A DNA stretch of 64,000 bases from Octopus sinensis. Its lineage: Eukaryota. A model generated the notes under the pieces. That model did not search any database, was not told where the DNA came from, and saw nothing but the letters and a program-made list of their open reading frames with translations. The position numbers and the translations under genes were made by a program. The stretch lies in contig NC_043010.1 in NCBI RefSeq assembly GCF_006345805.1, positions 41,974,001-42,038,000 on the forward strand, written 5' to 3'. The stretch's first letter is position 1. Each line of letters starts with the position of its first letter. Below are positions 1 to 13,913 of this stretch, one piece after another.

Positions 1-290
1 AGAAAGTTTTTGATCATAGGTCTGCTCTATCCGGGTGACACAGGTTAAACGATAATTCTCAAAGGTTTCAAGGCACGCAGGCGACGAACATCCGTCGTTG
101 ATAACGCTTACACGGAAGTAAGAATGAATTTAGATGGAGCAGAGGCAGAATTAAAAGTCTCCTCGTAATGCTCGTTAGCGCATTAAGTATATACAAATCA
201 ATTTTACATTGAGAAATATCAAATGGTGATATTAATCTTTTATCAGTTGTATTTTACTACACTCTTTTGCTTAGTGTAGCGTATATAATG

Positions 291-673
291 GAAGCACTCC
301 GTCGGTTACGACGACGAGGGTTCCGGTTGATCCGAATCAACGGAACAGCCTGCTCGTGAAATTAACGTGTAAGTGGCTGAGCACTCCACAGACACGTGTA
401 CCCTTAACGTAGTTCTCGGGGATATTCAGCGTGACACAGAGAGTGACAAGGCCGGCCTTTTGAAATACAGGTACAACAGAAACAGGAAGTAAGAGTGAGA
501 GAAAGTTGTGGTGAAAGAGTACAGCAGGGATCACCACCATCCCCTGCCAAAGCCTCGTGGAGCTTTTAGGTGTTTTCGCTCAATAAATACTCACAACGCC
601 CGGTCTGGGAATCGAAACCGCGATACTATGACCGCGAGTCCACTGCCCTAACCACTGGGCCATTGCGCCTCCA
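291..673 (-). mobile_element. tRNA-derived SINE with RTE-like 3' tail (Ceph-SINE-like)
   Basis: Minus strand starts TGGAGGCGCAATGGCCCAGTGGTTAGGGCAG (A box) and GGTTTCGATTCCC (B box), and ends GTCGTCGTAACCGACGGAGTGCTTC. The first ~190 nt resemble the SINEs at 8723 and 17446. Confidence 0.75.
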
Positions 674-686
674 CTAGCGTATATAA

Positions 687-1916
687 TATCATGTTGAGTA
701 AAAAGTAAGCAACGTTTTCAACCATGAAGAAATTGTACCAGGTTTTGCAGAGTTTTTAATTTTTTAAGATAATTTTTGCAATAGTCTGATAGTACAGACA
801 TAGACTTGCCCAAATGCATCAATACATTCATATTGATATTTTTTCACTGTTGTTACAATAATCTGAAACGGAACTATCAAAGCGCGATATTCGAGCAATT
901 TTGCAATTCAACTTAAAAAAAAAAAAAACAACGTAAAGCAGCTGAAGCGATATCAACGAAACATTAGGTGAGGCAATGACCAGTGAGTGATCAGCTCGAA
1001 AATGGTTTAAACGATTTTGCAGAGAACTGAGCCTTGAATATCGTGAGCGTAATGGACACCCATCTGTCATCGATGACGGTCAATTAAAGACTGTCATTGA
1101 GAAAACTCCACGTAAAACAAATCGAGAACTCGCAGAAGAACTTCAAGCTAGCCAGAAAACTGCCTGCAAACCATTTGCATTCGATCGAAAAAGGAAAAAA
1201 GCTCGACAAATGAAAATCAAAATTTGCGCGTCGCTTCTTCTCCGAAACCAGACTGATCCATTTCTCGATCGTATTGTAACTTGCGATGAAAAGTGGATTC
1301 TATACCATAATAAAAAAGTTTTTCGCAGTGGTGGGACCAAAATGAAGCGCCGAAAACTTCCCCTGAACCCGAGCTTCAAAAAGAAAGTTATGGTGACTGT
1401 TTGGTGGTAGAGAGCAGGATACATCAGTATAACTTGTTAAAATCCAGAAAAACATTATTGCAGAAACATATTGCCATGAAGTCGCCGAAATGAACGAAAA
1501 ACTACTACTCCTCCGTCCCCGGCTGGTCAACAGAAGAGGGTCAATCATTCGTCACGACAATGCTCGACCATACGGTTCACTAATGACGCTCCAGAAGTTG
1601 AGGGAACTTGGCTATGAAGTTCTTCCCCACCCAGCTTACTCTCCAGACCTTTCTCCTACCGACTACCACTTTTTCAAGCACCTTGATGGTTTCCTGCGAG
1701 AAAAGGAGTTAAAAAATCAAACCGATGCTGAAAGTGCGTTCAAAGAGTTCATCAGCTCCAGAACTCCAGATTTTTATGTTACCGGAATAAACAAACTTGT
1801 AACTCGTTTGCAAATATATGTTGATTGTAATGGCATTTACTTCGATGAATAAAATTTTCGCATTGTTGATGAATATCATGCTTCAAAACGCTGCTTACTT
1901 TTTACTCAGCCTGATA
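687..1916 (+). mobile_element. Full-length decayed mariner transposon, Hsmar1/SETMAR-like (cecropia-type), D,D34D
   Basis: TIRs TA-TCATGTTGAGTAAAAAGTAAGCAACGTTTT (687) and AAAACGCTGCTTACTTTTTACTCAGCCTGA-TA (to 1916). Motifs PFLDRIVTCDEKWILY, KKVMVTVWW, HDNARP...HPAYSPDLSPTDYHFFKHL, with 34 aa between the 2nd and 3rd D. Frameshifts present and the WVPHEL region is deleted. Confidence 0.95.
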
Positions 1917-3915
1917 CTATTCTGTACATTGTCACATATTTCTTTTAAATAAATAATCCATAATCGTATTTCTATAAGTTTATATTTAATAGTTACGTCT
2001 AAAGATATTTTCGAATCATCAATCATCAAATTGGAATTGACAGATATTTTCTTGAAAATACATATGTCGGCCTATGATTATAAAGGATTTATTGATTCTT
2101 TTCATCATAATAATTTAATCTTGAATAAAATCTAAAGTACGTTTTTCTTTTGTTTAAATGAAGTAGTTTAATTATATCAGCTGTTTTTTGTTAAGTTCGT
2201 TAATTTTATAAGTATTAAATAACTAGCAAACCATTCTATAGTTATTAGCTTATATAACTCTTACGCAACTGGAATTTACTTTAATTGATGTTTTAAAATA
2301 TGTGAATCTGATAAACGTGTATGCGAAAGTGTATGTAGATGTTATTTGTATTTAGGAAAACGATAGCATTGGTAAACGGGGAAGTAAGAAAAAGCAAAAG
2401 GAAGTAATAGTGATCATATTCTGTGTATGTATATCTATATCATTAAATTTGTACACGATCAATTCATGCACAAAATCTATTTGCATTCGTTCATAAACTT
2501 TGTTAAATATACTTAAAATTCTATGCTTATATTCGATCATATGAATTAGAAACCATTCATCTGTGATATTTTCTAATCATGTGACACTAAAGATTTTTCA
2601 AGCACAATATATCTCCATTTCAATATGTATTGTAATAAATATCCTATTTTGGGTCATAGAAACGTACTTATCAAATAAATTTCAGTCTAAGAAATATAGG
2701 AAATACGATTGCACTTTATTAACATATTTCATCTTGATATTCAACGAGTCTAAGTATATTTTCAATTGTCATTTGACATATGAAAGAAATATTCAGTTAT
2801 TCATTAATTCCAGTTTGTGATTTACATCAAAAGAATGGAGGCCTCAGATGAATGAATTTGCTGAAAGCAAACTTTGTTAAAATCTCAATCAATACCATAA
2901 GCTAGCTGCAACATTTTATAGATACAAAAGTAGATTTCGTGCAGATAAATTTTAGGGTCATATTTCAGAAAATAATAAAGCATTGTTATTATGAGTACAG
3001 ATTACCAGTTATCACTATATAATACACCTTGCTAACTTAATGCCTCAAAAATACTTTTGGCAGTTCGATCATTCATATTTTCAACAATTTACGACAAGGT
3101 TAGAATTTCGCTGACAAACTCCAGAGCGAAACATGTTATTGATGTTTGCTGAAAGTAGCCATCGGCTAATTATTATTTTACTAACTTATCAAGCATTAAA
3201 TGAGTTTTGGTCCATAGTCTAGTGGACAAAAACATTTTTTGTTGCAATGGATATCACATCTCCAGCTGCGAGACATATTTACTCTGAAAATATATCAAAA
3301 TGTAAAGAAAATTATTCAATTATATATTTGCTATATACTATGCTTTAGATGAACATATGAAGAATATTAGTATATTAGGGGAATTAAGATTGTTAGTATA
3401 AAGCAAACTCGGCTGAGATATCAGAATCGCTAAAACACAAAGTAGAATTAAAAATCAATCTATATCGACGATGGAATATTTTTTTTTTAAAAAGGGAAAA
3501 TAAAATCTCAAGGTTTTTCTGAAATAAATTTTTCATTTACAAACCAGAGATGACGTGAATAGGATTCATTAGCTGGTGATATTTTTTGGAAGATTCTCAA
3601 TCTAGTCACCACTGAATGATCATCTGTTCATCGCAATAATGCATTTTCGCTGAGGTTCTTAAGGGCCTTAAAACACAAGTATACGACAAAGGGAAGCACG
3701 TTTCTAAATAAAACTTGCCCTAACAAAGATTGCGAAAGAAGAATTGTGTCTCGACTCATAGCTTTTACCATCACTTGAAATATTTGAGACAAGAGTGATA
3801 GACAGATTCAGGACGAGGTATGAAAGGCCATTCCCTTTGGACATAAGAAATTGTATCCTTTTATTTCATGAAATAAGGCAGTTAAGTAATGATAATAATA
3901 ATAATAATAATGATA

Positions 3916-4385
3916 ATGGCTTCACATTATGCCACAAGGGCAGCCATTTTGGGGGAGGGTATGTGTCGATTACATCGACTCCGATACTTAATTTTTCGAC
4001 CACGAAAGAATGACAGGCAAAGTCGGTGGAATTTGAACTTAGAAAGTAAAGACGGACTAAATGACATTAACCAGCATGCCAACGGTTCTGAGTTAGCTGC
4101 TTTTAATGGGTTTAGTGCAAGGCTAGCAACTTTAGGGCATCCTAGTTTTGAACCGTCACTTATTTTACTAATCCCGAAGGGATGAAAAGCGAATCTGTTG
4201 TCGAAGGTTTGACAGGGTCTCAGAATTAGCCGGAGCAAGTGAAATCGAGGGCTCTGACGTGTGAAATAGAAATAGTAATAATCCTGCCTTCTATATGCAC
4301 AAGGCCTGAAATTTTTGTGGGAGGTAGGGAGCTAGTCGATGACACAACCCTTGTGGCACTTATTTCATTGACCCAGAAAGGATAC
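3916..4385 (-). mobile_element. Cluster of degraded tRNA-SINE fragments (TTGCCTTTCATCCTTTCGGGGTCGATAAA-domain family)
   Basis: Reverse-strand matches to the central domain and the CCCCAAAA..GCCCTTGTG tail seen in better copies at 14170, 25421 and 53200. Confidence 0.6.
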
Positions 4386-4699
4386 CAACTCACCGACAAG
4401 AGGTACAACAATAAAAATCCCCTATAACACTCCATAGTGTAACTTCCACCCATCGCGTTGTCCGACGGACACAAAGCTGTGAGCCCTTGCCAACACTCCA
4501 GATGCCAAGCGCCCTTACTTAGTCTGCGCTTGACCCAGCAATGAAGTTCTGTCAATGAGATGAGCTGTGGAAAATCCTGTGGCAAACGGCGCCTACACCT
4601 GCTCACCGTTGAGAAAACGTTGGAGATATCGCAGCCTCAGCGCTTGTCTGTGCATCATTAGCCACAACATGCCCAGTCCTCCACTCAGCAAAAAAAAAC

Positions 4700-5690
4700 A
4701 CCATAGAATGGTATGTAAAAATAGCCACAGAGTCGCTATTATTGGAAGTAAGAAGGTCAGGCTTGTGTAGGATGGAAGATTGCAAAGATACAGCATTGTA
4801 CAAGCACTTGAGAATGAATGAAACTGAAAATAGGTGGATAACGAAAAGAATGCACGGACAATTTGATAGGGATGTTGAAGATAAGACAGACAGAGAAAAA
4901 CGATGGCTATGGATGACTAAAAGTGATTTAAAACAGGAAACGGAGGTTCTAATCTGTGCTGCCCAAGAGCAAGCATTGAGAACCAATTACATCAAATACA
5001 GAATAAACAAAACATCAGAAAGTGATAAGTGCTGAATTTGTGGAAAAAATGGTGAAACCGTATGGCATATTAGCAGTCAATGTACACCACTAGTACAGAA
5101 AGGATATAAGAGACGTCATGGCAACATAGCAAGGATTGTCCATTGGCCACTTTGCAACAAGTATGGACTTGACAAGCAAAAAATTAGTATGAACATAAAC
5201 CCGAAGGCATCATCGAAAATGATAATGCAAAGATCCTTATGGGATTTTATGATTCAGTGCGACCATGAGATAGAGAATAGGAAACCAGACATAGTGTTAA
5301 TTGAGAAAGAAAGCAAACGATGTTGGATCATAGATATGACATGCCCACTGACAACAAGGTACGCGAAAAGGAAGAAGGAAATGTCGATAGATATGACAGG
5401 TTAGCTTGGGAGGTTAAGCAGTTGTGGTCGCTGAAGAAGGTGGTAGTAGTACCAATAATTGTCGGATCTCTGGGAACAGTGAGTAAAAATCTTTAGAAGT
5501 ACAGGGAACAAATAGGGACTGCAATAAGGGAGGAGCACTTGCAGAAAACAGCACTGTTTGGAACCGCTCGAATACTCCGGATGGTCCTCGAAGAATAAGG
5601 GTGCTACCTTATTTCACTAGTAGTGAACCGCTGACACCATGGTACATCTCCAGCGTTAGAAGCTGTGCAAAGAAAATAAAAATAATAATA
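4700..5690 (+). mobile_element. 3' part of an R4/Dong-like non-LTR retrotransposon (CCHC finger plus restriction-like endonuclease), decayed
   Basis: KSDLKQETEVLICAAQEQALRTNYIK...DKC*ICG..ETVWHISSQC...RRH, LWDFMIQCDHEIENRKPDIVLIEK..CWIIDMTCP, VVVPIIVGSLGTVS. Ends at an AAT-rich tract. Confidence 0.9.
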
Positions 5691-5709
5691 GAAATAATAA
5701 TAATAACAA

Positions 5710-6060
5710 TAATTGTATGCCCCTTTGATCCACGAATAGTCAAGAAGAAAGGCGAAAAGATAGATACAACCCTCTTAAGTACGAAATAACCTGGCTATAG
5801 AAAATGAAGAAGGTGAAGATAGTGCCAATTATTGCTGGGTTCTTGGGAACAGTATCACAAGACATAAAGAAGAATATAAAGTAAATTGGAATAGAGTGCC
5901 CTGTAAAACTGTTACAAGAGTTTTGCCTCCTCGGCACGGCCAAAATAATCAGGAAAGTATTAGACAGCTGAAAAGAACGAATAGCATGGTACCGTGTGCT
6001 GCAGGTAGTAAGCCCGTTACGCATACAAGACTCCAGGAGCTCCAACAAAACATATGATAA
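5710..6060 (+). mobile_element. Second R4/Dong-like 3' end fragment (RLE C-terminus plus 3' UTR)
   Basis: VKIVPIIAGFLGTVS...LLQEFCLLGTAKIIRKVLDS*, with AAT repeats on both sides. Confidence 0.8.
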
Positions 6061-6399
6061 AGAGAAAATAATAATGATAATAATAATATCAATAAAAGGA
6101 AAAATTTTATAAAGCTATGGTTAGTGTGTGCCTACCACAAATGTAGTCATACAGGAAGTAAAGAAAGTTCTAAATACCGATGGAAACTGAGCTACAGTCT
6201 CAGTTTATTCACTGTATGACATCGTGCGCTTCCAAAATAGAAGCTACAGAGGAACATATATATTGATTAGCTGTCAATCGGGGATATGTATAAGTGGTCT
6301 TCAATTAGGTATACGCATGAAGAAACTATAAAAGAGTTACCAATCAATTGTTAGCTCTCATATTTCGAAACAGTATTGATTTAACAACGGCAGTAGTTC

Positions 6400-7080
6400 T
6401 TTTCACAGTGATTTTATTCTTGGATTGGCAGAATAGTTAAAACGTCGGACAAAATACGCATCGCAAATTGCATCGGCTCTTTCCATTCAGATTTCAGATT
6501 CTAACAAGAATTTCCTAATTTCGGGGTTGATAGTATAAAGTATGGAGTCCATGTATTGGACTTCCCCTTCCTCTAAAAATTGCTGGCTGTGAGTCAAAAT
6601 TAGAAAATTATCATAACTTATTAAGGTGTAGAACTGGCAGAATCATTAGCAGCTCATAGAAAATGATTTTCTGTATTTCTTTCGGCTCCTTATGTTCTGT
6701 ATTCAAATTCTGTCAAGATCGACTTTGCCTTTCATCCTTTCGAGTTTAATAAAATACGTTACCAATCAAGTACTGGGGTTGATGTAAATGACTTGCCCCA
6801 CTCCCCCTCAAAACTGCAACCTTATACCTAAATTAGAAAGAACTATTATAATTAAAAAAACGCCGAGCTGGCGAAATCGTTAGTTCGTCAGAGAAAGCGC
6901 GTTGTGGCATTTATACCCGGTCTTTACGTTATGAGCTCAAATCCCGCCAAGGTGAACACTGTCTTTTATCCTTTTGGGGTCGATAAAATAAGTGCCTGTG
7001 GAGCACTGGGCTCGATGTAATCGACTTGCACCCTCTACTAAAATTTCAGGCTTTGTGCCTGTAGTAGAAAGGATTATCAT
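6400..7080 (+). mobile_element. Tandem cluster of three tRNA-SINE copies
   Basis: Repeated GAG/AACTGGCAGAATCGTTAG heads and GACTTTGCCTTTCATCCTTT..GTCGATAAAATAAGT cores, with ATT-rich tails. Confidence 0.8.
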
Positions 7081-7131
7081 CATCTAGGTTTAAGTTGCAG
7101 ATTACCTTCAAGTAAACTACTACCTCAAATC

Positions 7132-7173
<42 letters not shown>

Positions 7174-8149
7174 ACTTCCAAGAACTACGATATTATACAA
7201 TTTCAACCATCATGGTATTAATTCTCATCCCTTCGATTAAAACATGCATTGTTTAAAGTGTTAATATATTCACTAACAGTTTTAATTATGAAGCACTCCC
7301 AAGTCATTTAATCTGAATTTGGGTTGCCTTTGTCTTTTGCTCTCTTTATAATTAATAAGCAGGAATTGCTCCAGTTGACTTGAAGATAGGTCTAAGTTCG
7401 TATCGTATCGTTTTACAATGCACTCAAAGGCATATCTACTTGCAAATAAATGCGTAGACATATATTTATTGTTATTAGTCACGTTTTATTTTTGTTTCGC
7501 TCTAGATTAAGTCTTGATTCAGCAAACAACCACATCTATCCCATTTTTTTGCATATATACCCATGTTTTCTTAATTTTTAAAAACTAACTGGTTGAGAGA
7601 CCACGAAGAGGGTTCGTATGATTGCTATATGTATGTGTGTGTGGAACAATTTTTATAACTCTAAAATTAGTAGAAAGAAGTAAAATCTTAGAGATAACAG
7701 ATAACAAGACTGGATATTTTTAGGTAGGCAGACAGAGAGAGACAGACATACAGACAGACAGATAGACAGACAGGCAGAGAAAGAGAGAAAGAAAGAAAAG
7801 TTAAGTGTACAAATGGACGGGCAGCTTTAGAGAATCGCCATATTACAAGTAGTATCTGTTGAAGAAAATAATAGTACAATGTATTGGCTATGTAACTGTT
7901 ACTATTGATTTAAATTGCTGCCGAGAATATTTTTCGTTTCTTTTCTTTTCTTTTGACAATATATATCATGACAGCTATTTTCACAGCCACAAATATTTTA
8001 AGATAAACATCTCGCTCTCTAATAATGCACCGATCTTATTAATGCTATTAACACCCACCACACAATCTCTAACTATTCTTTCAACACCTCTGAAAGACTC
8101 AATTAGCACTTCTGATTTTGCTACTCTCAGCAATGAACCGGCATCACCC

Positions 8150-8226
8150 CCACAACCACCACCACCACCACTACCACTACTACTACCACCACCACCACCA
8201 CTTCTACTACTACTACCACCACCACC

Positions 8227-8258
<32 letters not shown>

Positions 8259-8415
8259 CACGACCACGACCACCACTACTACTACTACTACCACCACCAC
8301 CACCCCACCACCACCACCACCACCACCACCACCGCCACCACCACCACCACCACTACTACTACTATCACTGTTGCTACTGCTGCTTTAACTACAACTACTA
8401 CCACTTTTACTCTTA
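8150..8415. repeat. Compound (CCA/CTA)n microsatellite
   Basis: Direct reading; it explains the poly-P/L/H/T ORFs. Confidence 0.95.
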
Positions 8416-8722
8416 CTATTACAGTATTATTTTTGCGTGTTTAACTATTATATAAAAAATTAAAGACGAAGTTCTCTTGATGTGAAAATGAGTGTTAGAA
8501 TGGAAGTTCATTGCATTTATTTTCAGGGACTTCTGGGAGATTCTAGTAATTCTATCTCCAGACAAGTTAATGTAGTCACAGTTTATAATTTCCTTTGTTC
8601 TTGCCATAATCGATATGCCGAAGATGTATCGCAAAATTATGAAGAAATATAGGTACACGTCGGGTTGGTTAGCTGTTGTTTAAAATTAAGCCAACAATGA
8701 TTGAGCAGATCTCTGATAAGTC

Positions 8723-9030
8723 GAGGCACATGGCGTAGTGGTTAGAGCAGCGGACTCCCGGTCGAGGGATCGCGGGTTCGAATCTCAGACCGGACGATGC
8801 GTGTGTTTATGAGCGAAATACCTAAGCTCCACGCGGCTCCGGCAGAAGGTAATGGCGAAACTTCTGCTGACTCTTTCGCCACAACTTCCTCTCACTCTTT
8901 CATCCTGCATCTTGCAGCTCACCTGCGATGGACCGGCGTTCCATCCAGGTGGGGAACTTATACGCCAAGAAACCGGGAAACCGGCCCTTATGAGCCAGGC
9001 ATGACCCGAGAAGGAACAAACAAAAAAAAA
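8723..9030 (+). mobile_element. tRNA-derived SINE with Deu/Nin-like central motif
   Basis: Head GGCACATGGCGTAGTGGTTAGAGC..GGTTCGAATCTC, motif CCTGCGATGGACCGGCGT..CCAGG..GAAACCGG..TATGAGCC, A-rich tail. Paralog at 17446. Confidence 0.8.
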
Positions 9031-10204
9031 ACTGTGATAAACAACACTCCAGCCATGACTATCCTGTCTGATTAAAGGCATGTTGAAAGCATTATCCAAT
9101 TTGTCAGGGAAGATCTGGATGCTTTTTCGAGAGCAGTTACCACGTTAAGCTATTTTACTGACTGGTAAAATACTGAGTGGTAATGAATAAAATTACTTAG
9201 CCTTCGAGCCTCAACAGCGGAGGTGTAGAGGTGAAGACGTGATATCTGATATATTCAGAGTATTTTGAGACCTCTGCCAATTACTTCATGTTAAAGAGAC
9301 AGAAGGATAGAAGGGCAGAAGGAAGCAAGTGCGAGAGAGAGACTGAGACAGACAGACAGAGAGAAAGTGGGGTGGACCAAGTGGAATCGACCTCAATATT
9401 GGTAGTTCATTTATCGACCCTGAAAAGGTAGAATGCAAAGTTGACCTCTGTGATAATTTCATTTCAAAGCACATGAAGCTACATGAATAATTTGGGGTAT
9501 TCCCTGTTGTGGTGGATATTCCGACCTTTCATCTTTCGATGAAAAGTGAACTAAAAGTAGGAGTCATTTTATTGGAGGTCAATGCCTTTTACAATAATGA
9601 ATCCTGAATGTGAATAGAACCCTTGTAGAAAACAAATGGTGATTACTCAATAGAAAGTGATATGTTTGTACGAAATAAAACTACGTGAAGGACTTTAATC
9701 GCGGCTGGACAAGCTTCAAATTATTTTGACCCATAAATATAAATTGCGAATATAAAGTAGCTTTTATGTAAATATTTTTCATAAGATATGAGATTGTTTT
9801 ATATACCCAGTATTATCTTAGTATTAAAAATGTAAGGATTTTTATTGATAACACACCTCTATAAGAAGCATTATCGATTTGTTTGTTGCGTAGCAATATT
9901 CTCTACTGATGTGCTCTCAAAGTTTATCTCTGAAGCTTAACTCACTGTAACGCATATTTTCTAAGATTGTATCAATAATGATTAAGCTAATCATATAATC
10001 TAGCTAACATAGTTAATTCTATATTTCTACATTAAAACCAAGGTGACGTTGACATTATAAACATATAAAACACTATCGACCATACATATTCAATGTATGT
10101 GTTTTGTTTGTTCCCCGGTTCGCTACGATATAGCGCCTGGGGGACGACTCTCTCATAATGCTAGATGTTAAAACACTTGAAAGTCATACACAAGCGAGAC
10201 AACT

Positions 10205-10272
10205 GTATATATACATATATATACATATATATATATATATGTGTGTCTATACACATGTATATATATAAATCC

Positions 10273-10303
<31 letters not shown>

Positions 10304-10383
10304 ATATATATAAATACGTATATATACATATATATATGTATATATAAATGTATATATGTATATGTACATATACATATATATTT

Positions 10384-10470
<87 letters not shown>
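10205..10470. repeat. (TA)n microsatellite
   Basis: Direct reading. Confidence 0.95.
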
Positions 10471-10473
<3 letters not shown>

Positions 10474-10559
10474 TTGGCTACCATGGTGCTATTTTTCTGT
10501 GAGAAAAACAGCACCATGGCGCCAATTCACACTCCCATTATTAAAGCAGAATTTCATTT

Positions 10560-10730
10560 GTTTGTCAAATTGTTGACTGAACAGACAAAAATAATATCTT
10601 GATTTCGAAGCAAAGAAACACACTAAGTAAGGTTGCAATGATTTGAAAATATGAGAGTCAATCAGCGCAAGATCAGAAGTGCAAAGAGGCTGCTGCAAAA
10701 CTTCCATATTTAGTTCCATAATTTATCCTG
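10560..10730 (-). mobile_element. Mariner C-terminal fragment
   Basis: MEVLQQPLCTSDLALIDSHIFKSLQ resembles the WEVLPHPPYSPDLAPSDYHLFRSLQ motif. Confidence 0.6.
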
Positions 10731-12809
10731 AATCACTGGGGCAATATGTGCTCTTGCTTTATTGTTTAAGAGAAACACCTCTTTACAACCGACCAATGAT
10801 GGGCACTTATACTGCAGCTTTCAATTGGCGACAATACTTCTCCACATTAAATTAGTATAAGTTTTCTCGAGTGTAGTCCTTATTTGGGGATGGAACCTCG
10901 TTTTTACATTGAGTGCTAACCATTGTCGTTGTCGTTAGATACAGTTATAGAGAAACCATTCTTTATAACTTGTTAAAATCCTACCCAGGAATGGTATCAA
11001 GGTTACTCTTCAATGGCGTAAGGAGGAGAAATATTTGATTAAGATGAGAAGCACTCAGATGATGAGAGACACGCTAACGCAGTTTTGACACTTTTCCTAG
11101 TTCATGAAGGTGTTTTATGATCAAAGTATGACTAGAGTTGAACTGTTTTGATAATTTTTATGCCGTATTCTTTGGATTTCCCTCAGCTATGGTTTTCATA
11201 TGTTCAGTTTTGACAAAACTTAGTCGTCTACATCAAGGGGAATCTGTGAGAGAAAGATTTCCCCAGCGAAACTGGCCAAACTATCATTGGCATCTCTGGA
11301 CACTTCAAGCTTCACGTCCATAGACAAAACGAATATTTCTTACTGTTTCTATTGCTGAAGAGGCACTCGTAAATTCACACAGCAGGAAGTGTCTGATAAG
11401 GGCCTGATCTAAATTCATTTTAATTGGATACAATGGATACGAATGTGATCAATTTAAAGTAATCTGCAAAGAACGGAAAAGAAACAGCTAACGTGCTGGT
11501 GGGATACTGCTAAATGGAGAAGGTATGTTTTATCGAGTTCTGAAGAAAAATATCGCTTTGGTCGTAATACAGATGCCGGAGAGCATAAATAAGTGTATTT
11601 CAGCTAGATGTTACAGCGCGAGATTGCCATTTTCCAATTGGGCGAATTTTACTCTTGAGGATGCGAGAATTATGCTCTTATCTTAAGTGTTCTGGTTGCT
11701 TGCATTTGATGTTCTATAATGTAATAATGGAGAAGAGGATTCGGTAAGCACTGCTTTAAATCGACTGTTGTGAAGCCAAATTTCTAGTTAATTGAACAGA
11801 GCTATAGTTGAGCATTTATATAAGAATGGATGGAGTATATAAATGCGATATTATCTGCATGTTGCAGTGTGTACATTTTGAATGGATGTAAGATGGTTGC
11901 GTATGTAACCATCAGTTAGCATGTAAAAGGCGTGGAACTGACACTCGTTCACAGATATACATTTAGACTGTAAAGAAGCGTCTACGTAATCAATGAACAT
12001 GATAAAATTAGCTCCAAAACCTTAAAGTTCACCCACTATCTAAAAAAGTGAATGAATATACAAGGTAAATTGGACATGATTTTAACATGCCAACAAAGAA
12101 CGCGAGATTGTCACCGTTGCACTGCCGTACGAACAGTAAAAATTCAGTACAAGTCTTGATACATGATTGTGTGTGTTCTTCTGCTACTGTAGAAAACTAG
12201 TTCAATGATGTTTTCTAGGGCATTGTTCATGGAAATATTGTATGTTTGTTTCGAGGTGTTAAGCCGTCATTTGCACGAAGCCAAGCTTCTCATGGAACTG
12301 AAATGTTTTGCCGTGACTTTTACATTTTTCTGTGGAACATTAACTGCATGATCCAAGTGAAAATCTGATAATTAAATGCACTTATGTGATTGATACATGG
12401 GACATAATCTTTATATCCGAATCTGTCAACAAAAATTGTATAAATACTCTAATAATCACCAAGGATATTCATGTGTACCGACCAGAGTAGCAAATCCCTT
12501 TATGAAATGTAAAATTTTTCTAAGCTTTAAGTATATTAATGAAATATTTACCATTTTTGCAACACCAGTTACATACGAAAACAAAATATTTACAGCTGTT
12601 GCTCAAAAAGTATTGTTTTTAAATATCTACCTTTGAAATCAGCAATGGTAATAATACTTTTATCTTTTAATGACTACGAAACAAGATTCTTGGTTTATCT
12701 ATTGACTTATTCTCGCGTTATTTATATGGTGATATCATCTAGTATAATTATCAGGTTGAATCTGAGGATATTTCGTATGTCAAGCTATAATTAATAGTTC
12801 AAACGAATT

Positions 12810-13116
12810 ACGATGCCAGCGTTTTACAAGGTCATATGATGGGGCATCATCACCATAAGTTACTTTCATTTCATCAAAAGTCTCCCGTGGTGTGCGTCCT
12901 TTCAAATACAAAAACCGGATCACTGCTCGACACTCAACAGGCTCCATTTCACACTTGACTCGGTTCAAACACCTGTAAATCAGAAACCACAATTAATTCA
13001 GAGCTGTAATTTGCCACTTACTCTATAGAGATATAAATGATTGCACATGCAAAATTTCAGCTAGCTCAAACAACTGCAAGTGGGTCAGCGGCATTACTTA
13101 TTGAACGTCCCTCGTA
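12810..13116 (-). mobile_element. 5' end (TIR plus N-terminal HTH) of the mariner at 15676-16900, inverted
   Basis: Ends in AAGTGGGTCAGCGGCATTACTTATTGAACGTCCCTCGTA, matching the TIR at 16862-16900. 12810-13064 is the reverse complement of 15676-15930. Confidence 0.92.
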
Positions 13117-13913
13117 ATTAAGTTAATCGTGCTACATTCAATATTTTAAAGCAGTGTAAAGAACGTTTATATCATTCGAACTGATGTTATTGCTTAGGGT
13201 GAGAAAACTGTATCTCACCGTTTTCTTTCGGAAGAATTCGATAGAATACTAAATGTCTTGTATGAACTCTTGATCTAAGGTTAAAATAATTATATTTTGG
13301 AGGAAAAGTTATGAATTTGCTAAATATTTTAGACAAATATTAACTGTAATCAAAAGTGGCAACAGATAAGAAGTTGTCGACGCCAGGCATGTTAACTAGC
13401 CTGCAACTAAACTCGTATCCAGATAATTCGGAGGAGGATCAAGAATAGCAAATTAAAATTTAAAAATTCTATATTTATATAAGCTCTGACACCTAACCTA
13501 AAGTAATAATGGGAAAATTAAAATACCAGAGAAATGTAACAGTTTTTAATAAAGTTGAAAACGTTTCTAATAGTTTGTATTAATTTTATGAACGGTGCGA
13601 TATTGAAATAGTTTCTAGAAAATCAAACCTTATTGTCCGGTCGTCATCGATGTTTAGATTGGATGAAATTTCCGAATTTGCATCTCAATGTTCAAATAGC
13701 CTGTTTTAAACTTGGCATGAAATACTTTAAGAATGGTGGTGTAGACTTTCTAATAAATACAACGTGACGAAGAAAATAAGTTGTGTAATATTACATAAGT
13801 AGTTAATTTAATCATTCGCAATGAAGCTTTGTCAGAAATCATGGACTCTGTTCAGTCTCAAAAGAGTGCAGAAGTAGAAAACAGAACATTATAACATTAT
13901 AGCAATATTGTGT

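Noticed and set aside
7859-8455. 198-aa ORF with poly-Pro/Leu/His
   Set aside because: It is a translation of the compound CCA/CTA microsatellite. The same applies to the poly-IY, HT, VC, poly-S/D/N and YLSI ORFs throughout the window.
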